Counted from the stretch's first letter, positions 17,817 to 27,049 are shown. The stretch is 64,000 nt of DNA from Flavobacteriales bacterium (GCA_027039975.1 JALWFE010000096.1:14788-78787), one strand, 5' to 3'. A program made the numbers and translations. Notes: generated by a model not told the origin, from the letters alone.

Positions 17817-17890
17817 CGGTCCGGACGAGACTCGAACTCGCGACCCCATGCGTGACAGGCATGTATTCTAACCAACTGAACTACCGGACC
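17817..17890 (-). tRNA. tRNA-Asp (anticodon GTC), CCA not encoded
   Basis: Reverse complement GGTCCGGTAGTTCAGTTGGTTAGAATACATGCCTGTCACGCATGGGGTCGCGAGTTCGAGTCTCGTCCGGACCG folds into a perfect cloverleaf. Anticodon loop CTGTCAC. Next bases are CTA rather than CCA. Confidence 0.97.
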
Positions 17891-18090
17891 TGTTTTAACA
17901 AAAACATCAAATACAATTACTTGTTTTGATTTGCGAGTGCAAATATAAAAACATTTTTTTAATTGACAAAAAATTTTCTATTGATTTCAAAAAATCAATT
18001 TCAAAAAATTTTTAATAATCTATCCAAAAAAACTTGAAATCCAACAAAAAACCCTATTTTCGCAACCGGATAATCATTAGCCAATTCATT

Positions 18091-19017
18091 ATGTCTAAAA
18101 TTCTTACTGTCGGTACGGTTGCCTTTGACGAAATTATTACGCCTTTTGGCGAAACAGGAAAAATTCTAGGAGGCTCTGCTTCTTATATCGCTATGGCGGC
18201 GGCCAAATTAAACCCTGATGTCGGGATTGTTTCGGTTGTCGGAAATGATTTTCCCGATGCTTATTTGCAAAAATTTACAGACCGTCAAATCGATATCAGC
18301 GGTATTGAAAAACTGGACAACGAAAAAACTTTTTATTGGAAAGGTAAATATCACAACGACCTGAACAAGCGCGACACTTTGGTGACGGAAGTAAACTGTT
18401 TGGCACATTTTAATCCGGTTGTCCCCGACACCTATAAAGATGCCGGATTTTTAATGCTTGGCAATCTGCATCCGGCGATTCAACAATCGGTTATCGACCA
18501 AATGACGACCCGTCCGAAATTGATAGCGCTCGACACTATGAACTTTTGGATGGATACGGCATGGGACGACTTGATGAAAGTGCTTAAAAATATAGACATT
18601 CTCATCATCAACGACGAAGAAGCCCGTCAGTTAAGTCAAGATTATTCGTTGGTGCGTGCCGCCCAGAAAATTCAGGACATGGGTCCTAAATATTTGATTA
18701 TCAAAAAGGGCGAACACGGGGCTTTGCTTTTCCACGGCAAAAATATCTTTTTTGCACCTGCCTTGCCCCTCGAAGAAGTCTTTGACCCGACCGGTGCCGG
18801 CGACACCTTTGCCGGTGGTTTTGTCGGGAAATTGGCACAGCTCGAAGATGTCAGTTTTAATGCGATGAAAAATGCCGTTATCTGCGGTTCCAATCTCGCT
18901 TCGTTTACGGTAGAAAAATTCGGCACCGAACGTTTGGAAAACTTAACCAAATCCGAAATTCAAGACCGCCTGCAAGATTTTATCAATTTAACGCAGTTTG
19001 AGATTGAGTTGGTTTAG
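18091..19017 (+). CDS. PfkB family carbohydrate/nucleoside kinase
   Basis: DPTGAGDTFAGGF ATP-binding motif and ribokinase-like N-terminus (TVGTVAFDEI). ATG at 18091 preferred over the ORF-track start. Confidence 0.85.
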   Translation: MSKILTVGTVAFDEIITPFGETGKILGGSASYIAMAAAKLNPDVGIVSVVGNDFPDAYLQKFTDRQIDISGIEKLDNEKTFYWKGKYHNDLNKRDTLVTEVNCLAHFNPVVPDTYKDAGFLMLGNLHPAIQQSVIDQMTTRPKLIALDTMNFWMDTAWDDLMKVLKNIDILIINDEEARQLSQDYSLVRAAQKIQDMGPKYLIIKKGEHGALLFHGKNIFFAPALPLEEVFDPTGAGDTFAGGFVGKLAQLEDVSFNAMKNAVICGSNLASFTVEKFGTERLENLTKSEIQDRLQDFINLTQFEIELV

Positions 19018-19540
19018 AATAAGCATCTTATTTACAATTCTCCTCTCCGCATGCAACACCTCCAACCACCGCATCGCCCCGCACAAGCCGGAGCAAGAAG
19101 GTGTGTTGCCCGGGCAATATATTCCGTATTTTGAATTGCCTGACAGCACGGGTAAAAAAATACCGGTGGAAGCAGGTATGGGCAAGGCGACGATTATCGA
19201 TTTTTGGGCTTCGTGGTGCCGGCCTTGTCGTGAAGCGGCTAATCCTGCGTATCTGAAATTGTATGGAAAATATCATTCGCATGGGTTGAATATCGTAGGT
19301 GTTTCAACAGACCGACATACGTATTTTTGGAAAAAAGCTTTGCAACAAGACAGCTTACCATGGCTACAACTTATTGACAGCACCCGTCAAATTTTACAAA
19401 TTTACCAAGTCAAAAGCTTGCCGGCGATGTATCTCATTGACCGGAACGGAAAAATTATCGGGAAAAATTTGTGGGGAGAGATTTTGGAGCGGAAAGTTGA
19501 TAGTCTGCTTAGAGTTAAAAGTGAGAATCTGTATAAATAA
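18998..19540 (+). CDS. TlpA/redoxin family thiol-disulfide oxidoreductase, lipoprotein
   Basis: WASWCRPC thioredoxin motif and lipobox LLSAC. No in-frame ATG is available, so the start must be TTG (18998 or 19004), overlapping the end of the PfkB gene. Confidence 0.78.
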   Translation: MRLSWFRISILFTILLSACNTSNHRIAPHKPEQEGVLPGQYIPYFELPDSTGKKIPVEAGMGKATIIDFWASWCRPCREAANPAYLKLYGKYHSHGLNIVGVSTDRHTYFWKKALQQDSLPWLQLIDSTRQILQIYQVKSLPAMYLIDRNGKIIGKNLWGEILERKVDSLLRVKSENLYK

Positions 19541-19615
19541 AGACAATGAATAATATCAAGGTTATACTTTTATCAAAACTTACATTTTTTGCAAGTTTTG
19601 ATAATTTTGTTTTGA

Positions 19616-19972
19616 TAATAATGTCACCCCTACGGGGTTCAATGGTTATTTTTTTATTGTTATCATCTGAGACGAATGGCAATTCGTCTCTACATAACGG
19701 TGTTTTTTATCACAATGTCAGACGCACGGGTCGTGCGTCTCTACTTTCAACTTTTAACTTTCAACTTTCAACTATAACAATGTCACCCCTTTGGGGTTCA
19801 GTTATATACGACACACGACTCTTGCGTTTTTACAAACGTTATGAACATTTAACATTATGAACATAAAACTATAATAATCATCATTTCATCATCTAAAACA
19901 GCACTTTTCCGCTTTCCACTTGGCACTTTCCACTAAAAAACTCATCAATTCATCAGTTTATCAGTTCATCAA
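19616..19972. repeat. Composite intergenic repeat: four hairpin modules plus several different 7-8-nt word arrays
   Basis: Hairpins: acccc-tac-ggggt (19626-19638), gagacgaat-ggca-attcgtctc (19669-19690), agacgcacg-ggt-cgtgcgtct (19720-19740), acccc-ttt-ggggt (19785-19797). Word arrays: tttcaac x4, atgaacat, tttccac, and tcatcag. Confidence 0.9.
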
Positions 19973-20028
19973 AACCCGGCGCTTCGGTACAATTTTGCTC
20001 CTACGTCACAAAATCACTCAGCGACCTA
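19973..20028 (-). repeat. Conserved ~57-nt core element, copy 2; its TAG doubles as the gldD stop codon
   Basis: AACCCGGCGCTTCGGTACAATTTTGCTCCTACGTCACAAAATCACTCAGCGACCTA. On the minus strand it reads TAGGTCGCTGAG...AGCGCCGGGTTTT. The CTA at 20026-20028 is the gldD stop. Confidence 0.8.
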
Positions 20029-20607
20029 ACTTTGTTTCCACTGCAAACTCTCTACCAAATGCATCACATCTTTTTCCAGATATTTAACCGCCGGCATAAT
20101 AGAATCGTAATTGGGTTGGGCATAAAAATACAGGGAACCGTCTAAAAAATGTTTGACGCTGTCGGTAGCGTGAAATTGAATCTGTGAAGCGGCATTGCCA
20201 GTTACCCGGTTGATAGTAGCGTAAACGCTATCATTTTTGTTGACATAATCGCGGGTAATGATTTCATCGGCTTTGACGGTGTGTTCGTAAGTAAATTTTT
20301 CGGCATCGCGCAACAGTCCTTCCAAATTATTGTCAATACGGTTATAAGTCAAATATATTTTGGCTTTCATCGCCGGATATACCAAGTTGATTTTTTTATC
20401 CGAAATATGTTCTACGTTGGCAAGATGAGATTTTTCAATACTAAAATGTTCAAAATCAACCTTTTGATAAACTGCTTGCGGATATTCCAAGCGTAATTGG
20501 GCTTTGGGTTTGGGCATTACTTCTTCATTGGAACAAGCGGTCACCCAAATCATACCGGTGACAAAGATTAGAATCCGGAAAAAATTATATGTTTGTTTGG
20601 TTTGCAT
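20026..20607 (-). CDS. gldD: gliding motility lipoprotein GldD-like
   Basis: 193 aa lipoprotein (VTACS) with PKPKAQLRLEYP, GNAASQIQFHATDS and SLYFYAQPNYDSIMPA segments that I recall as conserved in GldD. Confidence 0.75.
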   Translation of the reverse strand: MQTKQTYNFFRILIFVTGMIWVTACSNEEVMPKPKAQLRLEYPQAVYQKVDFEHFSIEKSHLANVEHISDKKINLVYPAMKAKIYLTYNRIDNNLEGLLRDAEKFTYEHTVKADEIITRDYVNKNDSVYATINRVTGNAASQIQFHATDSVKHFLDGSLYFYAQPNYDSIMPAVKYLEKDVMHLVESLQWKQS

Positions 20608-20613
20608 ATCTTT

Positions 20614-22038
20614 TTAAAAAGCGGCATTACCCGGGTAGCGCGGATACGGAATAACATCGCGGATATTCCCCATACCGGTTACGAATTGTACCATACGTTC
20701 AAATCCCAGTCCGAAGCCGCTGTGGACAGCCGTTCCGAAGCGGCGTGTGTCGATATACCAATATAATTCTTCTTTGTCAATGCCCAAATCTTCCATTTTT
20801 TGCAGTAGCACATCCAAGCGTTCTTCCCGTTGCGATCCGCCTATAATTTCGCCTATACCGGGAAATAAAACATCCATAGCCCGGACGGTTTTCAGGTCGT
20901 CGTTGAGACGCATATAAAACGCTTTGATTTTGGCAGGATAATCATATATGATAACCGGGCTTTTAAAGTGTTTTTCAACCAGATAACGCTCGTGTTCGCT
21001 TTGTAAATCGACACCCCATTCGACCGGAAATTTGAATTTTTTCTTTTTAAACGGTTTGGAATTGCGCAAAATTTCAATGGCTTCGGTATAACTCAAACGG
21101 ATAAAATTGTTATCCAAAACAAATTGCAGTTTTTCTATCAGCGCCATTTCGCTGCGTTGGGCTTGCGGTTTTTGTTTTTCTTCGTTTTTGAGTCGCATTT
21201 CCAAGAATTGCAAATCTTCATAATTTTTATCCAAAACCGCTTTGATGATATATTTGACAAAACTTTCGGCCAGGTCCATATCGCCGTGCAAGTCCATAAA
21301 CGCCACTTCGGGTTCTATCATCCAAAATTCCGCCAAATGCCGGGTAGTATTGGAATTTTCGGCTCTGAACGTCGGTCCGAAAGTGTAAACTTTACCCAAT
21401 GCCATAGCATAAGTTTCGGCTTCCAATTGTCCTGAAACGGTTAGATTGGTTTTACGTCCGAAAAAATCTTTTTTGTAATCTATTTCACCTTTTTCATTTC
21501 TCGGTGGATTGTCGATATCGAGGGTCGTTACTTGAAACATTTCACCGGCGCCTTCGGCATCAGCTCCGGTGATAATAGGTGTATTAACGTATAAAAATCC
21601 GTTTTCTTGAAAATATTGATGAACGGCAAAAGCCAACGTATTACGCACCCGCATAATGGCACCGAACAATGTAGTGCGAACCCGTAAATGAGCTTTTTCG
21701 CGTAAAAATTCCAAACTGTGCCGCTTCGGTTGAATAGGGAATTTTTCCGGGTCGGATTCACCCAGAATTTTCAATTCGCTGACCAAAACCTCCACTTTTT
21801 GGCCTTTACCCAAGCTTTCGACCAATTCGCCTTTGGCATAGATAGCGGCACCGGTATTGATTTTTTTACGAATATTTTCGTCAAATTGTTCCGGTTCTAT
21901 TACCAATTGCAAATTTTGAATGGTAGAACCGTCATTAACGGCGATAAAACGGTCGTTTCTAAAGGTTTTGACCCACGCCCTGACTTCTACCGGTTGATTG
22001 AGTTGATCGGAATTTATAATTTGTTTGATCGTTTTCAT
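20614..22038 (-). CDS. asnS: asparagine--tRNA ligase
   Basis: 474 aa class IIb aaRS with an OB-fold N-terminus. Motifs FRAENSNTTRHLAEFWMIEPE and GSQREE....GFGLGFER. Confidence 0.95.
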   Translation of the reverse strand: MKTIKQIINSDQLNQPVEVRAWVKTFRNDRFIAVNDGSTIQNLQLVIEPEQFDENIRKKINTGAAIYAKGELVESLGKGQKVEVLVSELKILGESDPEKFPIQPKRHSLEFLREKAHLRVRTTLFGAIMRVRNTLAFAVHQYFQENGFLYVNTPIITGADAEGAGEMFQVTTLDIDNPPRNEKGEIDYKKDFFGRKTNLTVSGQLEAETYAMALGKVYTFGPTFRAENSNTTRHLAEFWMIEPEVAFMDLHGDMDLAESFVKYIIKAVLDKNYEDLQFLEMRLKNEEKQKPQAQRSEMALIEKLQFVLDNNFIRLSYTEAIEILRNSKPFKKKKFKFPVEWGVDLQSEHERYLVEKHFKSPVIIYDYPAKIKAFYMRLNDDLKTVRAMDVLFPGIGEIIGGSQREERLDVLLQKMEDLGIDKEELYWYIDTRRFGTAVHSGFGLGFERMVQFVTGMGNIRDVIPYPRYPGNAAF

Positions 22039-22242
22039 AAATTGTATTGATTATATATTGCTTACAACATTTATAGAAATGACAAATTTAAGCAAATTAC
22101 TTAAAAGTTGAAGATTGAAAAATTATCCTTGTTTACAAGTGTTAACGATAATTGAGTATTTACAATAAACCCGGGATTTTTTTAAGTTGTAAACAAAACT
22201 TTTGTTTTTTCGTAAAACGGCGAACACAAATACTAAATTATG

Positions 22243-22250
22243 TAAATTTG
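22243..22250 (+). promoter_or_regulatory. -7 box (TAnnTTTG) upstream of the Ig-like lipoprotein gene
   Basis: TAAATTTG, 26 nt upstream of the ATG at 22276. Confidence 0.4.
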
Positions 22251-22275
22251 CATTTTAAAAATCAATTGTTATTCA

Positions 22276-23847
22276 ATGAAATACCTTTTAGGGTTCCTTA
22301 TTGTAATTATTCTTCTCAGCGCTTGTGCTCATGTCGGCAGGCCTACCGGTGGTGACAAAGATGTGACACCACCGGTATTGTTACGGGTGGTGCCGGCTAA
22401 TGAAACACGGAATTTTAAAGGTCAAGAAATTATTTTGGAATTTGACGAATATGTTGTAATCCGTGATTTGATGAAAAATTTATTGATTTCTCCTCCGGTA
22501 AAAAATATGCCGGTAATAGTGCCTTCCGGAATACCTTCCAAACGTTTTAAAATCAAATTTCAAGATACACTTCAGCCTAATACGACTTATCAAATCAATT
22601 TTGGAGAAAGCATAGCCGACAATAATGAAGGCAATAAATTAAAAAATTTAAAACTGGTATTTTCCACCGGTCCTGTTATTGACAGTTTATCATTGAAAGG
22701 CAAGGTAATTCCCGTGCATTTTGACGATAAGCCAGAGGTTATTACGGTAGGATTGTATGATGCGTCAAAATTTACCGATTCAATTGTTTTTAAAGAAAAA
22801 CCTTATTATGTCGCAATGGTTGACGAGGATGGTTCTTTCGATCTGGATTTTTTGAAAGCCGGAACTTACAAGATTGTTGCATTAGGTGATAAAAACCGTG
22901 ATTATAAGTATCAACAGGATGAAGAAAGTATCGGTTTTTCGGATAAAACCCTGCATATTCCCGGCGATACTTTGGTTCATTTGTATCTTTTTAAAGAACC
23001 ACCACCGTTGAGTATTGAGAATATTGAGCAACAATCAGCCCACCATACCGTTGTAAAATTCAAAGGTTACCCGGACAGTTTGAAGGTAACCGTAAAAACA
23101 CCCTTACAACGTCAAGAAAGTTTTGTCGATAACGACCAATGGCATTTGTGGTATGATACTTCCGGGGACAGTATAAAATTGGAAATACCTTTACCGAGAG
23201 GACGGATCAAAAAATTTTACCGCAAACGAAACAACGATAAAGATTCTTTACAAACCGGATTTGTCAGAAATACCCGTCTTAATCCGTTGGATTCGGTGCT
23301 TATTTCGGGAAATATGCCCTTGGAAAAAATAGACAACAATAAATTGCAATTGCTTGAAGACAGTATGCCGGTGTCTGCCGGGTTACAAAAATCGGTAAAA
23401 GGACAATTTAAAGTGACTTTTGCAAAGAATTTCGGCAAAACTTATAATTTGACACTTTTGCCCGGAGCGGTTACCGGTTTTACCGGACAAAAAAATAAAG
23501 ATACTCTTCGCACAAATTTTAAAGTTCCTAAAAAAGAGATGTTCGGTAAATTGATTTTGCATCTAAACAATGTGCATCAACGTCCTTTGTTTGTCGAGTT
23601 GATTAGTAATAAAAAAATAATCCGCCAAACACCTGTTCAAACCGGAAATGATTTCGTAATGGAATATTTGATGCCCGGGACTTACACATTACGCATTATT
23701 TGGGATACAAACCGTAACAATCAATGGGATACCGGTAATTATTTACGGCATATTCAACCGGAAAAAAGTTTTGAACCGGATAAAAAAATAGATATCCGTG
23801 CCAACTGGGATGTGGATCAATCTTTAAACCTTGACGGCTTGAAATAA
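22276..23847 (+). CDS. Ig-like (SbsA-type) domain-containing lipoprotein, function unknown
   Basis: Lipobox LLSAC followed by GRPTGGDKDVTPPVLL, the usual start of bacterial Ig-like domain lipoproteins conserved in Flavobacteriia; 523 aa. Confidence 0.55.
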   Translation: MKYLLGFLIVIILLSACAHVGRPTGGDKDVTPPVLLRVVPANETRNFKGQEIILEFDEYVVIRDLMKNLLISPPVKNMPVIVPSGIPSKRFKIKFQDTLQPNTTYQINFGESIADNNEGNKLKNLKLVFSTGPVIDSLSLKGKVIPVHFDDKPEVITVGLYDASKFTDSIVFKEKPYYVAMVDEDGSFDLDFLKAGTYKIVALGDKNRDYKYQQDEESIGFSDKTLHIPGDTLVHLYLFKEPPPLSIENIEQQSAHHTVVKFKGYPDSLKVTVKTPLQRQESFVDNDQWHLWYDTSGDSIKLEIPLPRGRIKKFYRKRNNDKDSLQTGFVRNTRLNPLDSVLISGNMPLEKIDNNKLQLLEDSMPVSAGLQKSVKGQFKVTFAKNFGKTYNLTLLPGAVTGFTGQKNKDTLRTNFKVPKKEMFGKLILHLNNVHQRPLFVELISNKKIIRQTPVQTGNDFVMEYLMPGTYTLRIIWDTNRNNQWDTGNYLRHIQPEKSFEPDKKIDIRANWDVDQSLNLDGLK

Positions 23848-23943
23848 TCCTGGTATTTTTGATAAGCTTTTACATTATTGATAATAATTTATGTTTTTGT
23901 ATTTTAATGATACAGCCCGTTTTCCAATTAGCTTTCAAAAGTG

Positions 23944-23951
23944 TATATTTG
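23944..23951 (+). promoter_or_regulatory. -7 box (TAnnTTTG) upstream of the gldE-like gene
   Basis: TATATTTG, 20 nt upstream of the ATG at 23971. Confidence 0.4.
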
Positions 23952-23970
23952 CTGAATATTTGACCGATCA

Positions 23971-25251
23971 ATGGAATCAGACATTATCATAATTATCGTT
24001 TTACTGTTATTTTCCGCTTTTTTTTCAGGGATGGAAATTGCTTTTGTCAGTGCCAACCGGGTGCAATTGGCTTTGGACAAAAAAGATGAAGGGATTGTAG
24101 GTAAAGTTTTGCAAAAACTGACTCAAAAACCGTCCAATTTTATTACAACCATGCTGGTGGGAAATAATGTGGCATTGGTGATTTACGGTTTTTTTACCGG
24201 TGATTTGATTGTCAGATATTTAAAACAATTTTGGCCGGATATCAGCAGTTTTAACGAGCTGTTTTTACAAACTTTAATTTCGACATTAATCATTTTATTT
24301 ACAGCTGAATTTTTACCGAAGGTTGTTTTTCAGCTATATGCCAATAATCTTCTCCGTATTTTTTCGGTTCCGGCTTACATTATTTATCTTGTTTTATGGC
24401 CGGTTACCCAGTTTATATTGCGTTTGTCCGATTTTATTTTAAAAATTTTTTTTAAAGCAGGTAATGACGATGTTCAAGATGCCGTGACCAAAGTGGAATT
24501 ATCCAAGTTTATATCTCAAAAATTACAACACGCCGAACAACTGGAAGGTGAAGCCGACAAAGAACTTGAAATTCTCAATAACGCCCTTGATTTTGTCGAT
24601 GTTAAAGCCCGAGAAATTATGATACCCAGAACAGAAATTGTAGCTGTGGAAGATACGGCGACTATTGACGAATTGCGGAATAAATTTGTAGAATCGGGTT
24701 TATCAAAAATCATTATTTATCATGACAATATCGACGATATAGTCGGTTACGTGCATTCGTTTGATTTGTTTCAAAAACCGAAACGTATCAAATCTGTATT
24801 AAGGGATGTATTATTTGTGCCTGAAACGATTTCGATACACGAGTTGTTGAAATTGATGACCAAAAAGAAAAAAAGCGTTGCTATCGTTTTGGATGAATAC
24901 GGTGGTACTTCGGGTTTGATAACGTTGGAAGATATCATTGAAGAGATTTTCGGTGAGATTGAAGATGAACACGATAAAAACGAACTTTTTGAAAAACAAT
25001 TGGACGAGCGCACTTTTATTTTGTCGGGACGGCATGAAATAGAAGATTTGAATAAAAAATATAATTTAGGGATACCCGAAAATGAAGCTTATGAAACCTT
25101 AGGCGGTTATATATTGTCAAAAATCGGAGAAATTCCCGAAGAAAATGAAGAATTTGATATTGATGGCAAATTTCATGTTAAAATTAATAAAGCTAACCAA
25201 AAACAGATACAAAAAGTGGTTTTGACCAAATTGGATGATGATGAGATGTAA
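23971..25251 (+). CDS. gldE: CNNM/DUF21 - CBS pair - CorC_HlyC family membrane protein (GldE-like)
   Basis: Four N-terminal TM segments, a CBS-pair region (AREIMIPRTEIVAV...) and a C-terminal CorC/HlyC transporter-associated domain. This is the architecture of F. johnsoniae GldE. The family assignment is solid; the gldE name is less certain. Confidence 0.7.
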   Translation: MESDIIIIIVLLLFSAFFSGMEIAFVSANRVQLALDKKDEGIVGKVLQKLTQKPSNFITTMLVGNNVALVIYGFFTGDLIVRYLKQFWPDISSFNELFLQTLISTLIILFTAEFLPKVVFQLYANNLLRIFSVPAYIIYLVLWPVTQFILRLSDFILKIFFKAGNDDVQDAVTKVELSKFISQKLQHAEQLEGEADKELEILNNALDFVDVKAREIMIPRTEIVAVEDTATIDELRNKFVESGLSKIIIYHDNIDDIVGYVHSFDLFQKPKRIKSVLRDVLFVPETISIHELLKLMTKKKKSVAIVLDEYGGTSGLITLEDIIEEIFGEIEDEHDKNELFEKQLDERTFILSGRHEIEDLNKKYNLGIPENEAYETLGGYILSKIGEIPEENEEFDIDGKFHVKINKANQKQIQKVVLTKLDDDEM

Positions 25252-25309
25252 AGACTTGTCAAAGTGATGTTACTGAACTGTCGGAGTGTCATATTCCACG
25301 ACTTATTTG

Positions 25310-25317
25310 TACCTTTG
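25310..25317 (+). promoter_or_regulatory. -7 box (TAnnTTTG) only 4 nt upstream of the holB ATG
   Basis: TACCTTTG lies within the 15-mer ttatttgtacctttg, which recurs at 26465-26479. Confidence 0.35.
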
Positions 25318-25321
25318 CGAT

Positions 25322-26455
25322 ATGGATTTTAATTCGGTTATAGGTCAATCATTTTTAAAAGATTATTTTCAAAAAATAATAGAAAAAAACCGTGTTCCTC
25401 ATACACAATTGTTTGTAGGAGAAGAAGGAACGGGGACTTTGCCTATGGCTTTGGCATTTGCCAACCGTTTGCTTTGCGGCGGGCATTCCAATTGTCGGAA
25501 TAAGGTGGAAAAACTTATACATCCCGATTTACATTTTGTTTTTCCAACAGTCCCGACTTCGAGTATAAAAAAACCGGACAGTGAAAGTTTTTTACCTCAA
25601 TGGCGTGAATTTTTAACAACCAATCCTTATGCCGGCTTGTATGATTGGATGCAATTTTTAGATGTGGCCAATAAACAGGGTCAAATACGCGTGGCTGATG
25701 CCGAGCACATTATAAGAAAAACAGCTGTTAAACCTTTTGAAGCCGGTTATAAAATTTTTATTATTTGGATGGTAGAAAAAATGAATACTGAAACGGCCAA
25801 CAAACTGCTCAAAATTCTTGAAGAACCACCTGAAGACACAAAATTTATCTTAATTGCCGAAAAAACCGATAATATTTTACCGACGATTCTCAGTCGTTGT
25901 CAAGTACATCAATTTAATTTGATTTCTATTGAAGAAATTAAAAACGAATTGCTAAAACGCTTTGGTATTGAGCCTGCGCAAGCCGTAAAAATCGCCCATC
26001 AAGCTAATGGTAATTGGCATAAAGCCTTGCAACTTGTCTTAAATGAAGATACCGATGATTCTTTTCAAAAATTATTTATTGAATGGGTAAGGGTGGCATT
26101 TTTGGCTAAAAGTGATAAACAAGCTATCGCAAAACTGATTATATGGTCTGAAAAAATGGCAGGAGCGGGTCGCGAAACGCAAAAACAGTTTTTGGAATTT
26201 GCTTTGGAAACTTTTCGTCAAGCTTTGATGATTAACTATCAAACGCCTTCATTGGCTTATTACGATTTTAGTAAAAACGGGTTTGATTTAAAAAAATTGG
26301 CACCTTTTATACATTCTAATAATATTAAAGAGATTTTTAAATTTATTACAGATGCAATATATCATATAGAAAGGAACGCTAATGCTAAGTTGGTTTTTTT
26401 AGAATTATCTGTTAATTTGACTAAATTAATACATAAAAAAGAAAATATTTTATAA
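25322..26455 (+). CDS. holB: DNA polymerase III subunit delta'
   Basis: AAA+ clamp-loader motifs: HTQLFVGEEGTG (P-loop-like), zinc-module-like CGGHSNC, and SRCQ sensor motif (ILSRCQV). ATG at 25322. Confidence 0.85.
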   Translation: MDFNSVIGQSFLKDYFQKIIEKNRVPHTQLFVGEEGTGTLPMALAFANRLLCGGHSNCRNKVEKLIHPDLHFVFPTVPTSSIKKPDSESFLPQWREFLTTNPYAGLYDWMQFLDVANKQGQIRVADAEHIIRKTAVKPFEAGYKIFIIWMVEKMNTETANKLLKILEEPPEDTKFILIAEKTDNILPTILSRCQVHQFNLISIEEIKNELLKRFGIEPAQAVKIAHQANGNWHKALQLVLNEDTDDSFQKLFIEWVRVAFLAKSDKQAIAKLIIWSEKMAGAGRETQKQFLEFALETFRQALMINYQTPSLAYYDFSKNGFDLKKLAPFIHSNNIKEIFKFITDAIYHIERNANAKLVFLELSVNLTKLIHKKENIL

Positions 26456-26471
26456 ATTTTTTAATTATTTG

Positions 26472-26479
26472 TACCTTTG
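26472..26479 (+). promoter_or_regulatory. -7 box (TAnnTTTG) upstream of the 26501 gene
   Basis: TACCTTTG, 22 nt upstream of the ATG at 26501. Confidence 0.4.
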
Positions 26480-26500
26480 TTGCAAAAAGAAATTCATATT

Positions 26501-27049
26501 ATGAAAAAATTATTGTTTATTTTATTTATAATAGCCGGTTTTAAATCATTTTCACAATTCGATTTTAGAAAATTTTACATTGCCGGCGGGATTACAGGAC
26601 AGTATTTAACACATTCAAAATATACCGGTTATGATATTAATTTGACCTTTATACCGCGATATAATTTTGTTGAATTAAGTCATGAAGCAACATTATCGAT
26701 TGAAGCCCGTCCACAAATTGGAATTGGTTTTAGAAATTGGCATATTGATAATGGCCGGCATTTAATTTTTCCTAAAAGGATGAGTTATGGTGTACCGGTT
26801 TTGGTAAATTTTAATTGGGGGTTAAATTCCGAAGATAGTTCTTTATATTTACTAGGGTTTTATGTTGGTGGCGGTTATAATTATACCAATGTTATTTCAA
26901 AAGATCCGTCTTATGAAGCTATTCACGGTTTTGTTATAGATGCCGGGGTCCACTTTGACGGTTCTCCTATATCTCACATAAGTTTTATGTACACTTTCGG
27001 GCAAAACGGCAACCGTGTTTACGGTTTTGGATTTTATTATGATTTTTAA
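26501..27049 (+). CDS. hypothetical secreted protein, probably a small outer-membrane beta-barrel
   Basis: Signal peptide MKKLLFILFIIAGFKSFSQ, alternating aromatic/Gly-rich strands and an aromatic C-terminus (...GFGFYYDF). Confidence 0.55.
   Translation: MKKLLFILFIIAGFKSFSQFDFRKFYIAGGITGQYLTHSKYTGYDINLTFIPRYNFVELSHEATLSIEARPQIGIGFRNWHIDNGRHLIFPKRMSYGVPVLVNFNWGLNSEDSSLYLLGFYVGGGYNYTNVISKDPSYEAIHGFVIDAGVHFDGSPISHISFMYTFGQNGNRVYGFGFYYDF

Noticed and set aside
17975-17994. 8-bp inverted repeat attgattt-caaa-aaatcaat between tRNA-Asp and the PfkB kinase gene.
   Set aside because: It is an AT-only short palindrome in an A/T-rich spacer and is expected by chance at this length and composition.
19546-19860. 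104-aa ORF on the plus strand (MSPLRGS..., MSPLWGS...).
   Set aside because: It spans the hairpin and word-array repeat modules. The apparent protein is produced by GC-rich palindromes and has no start context or family resemblance.
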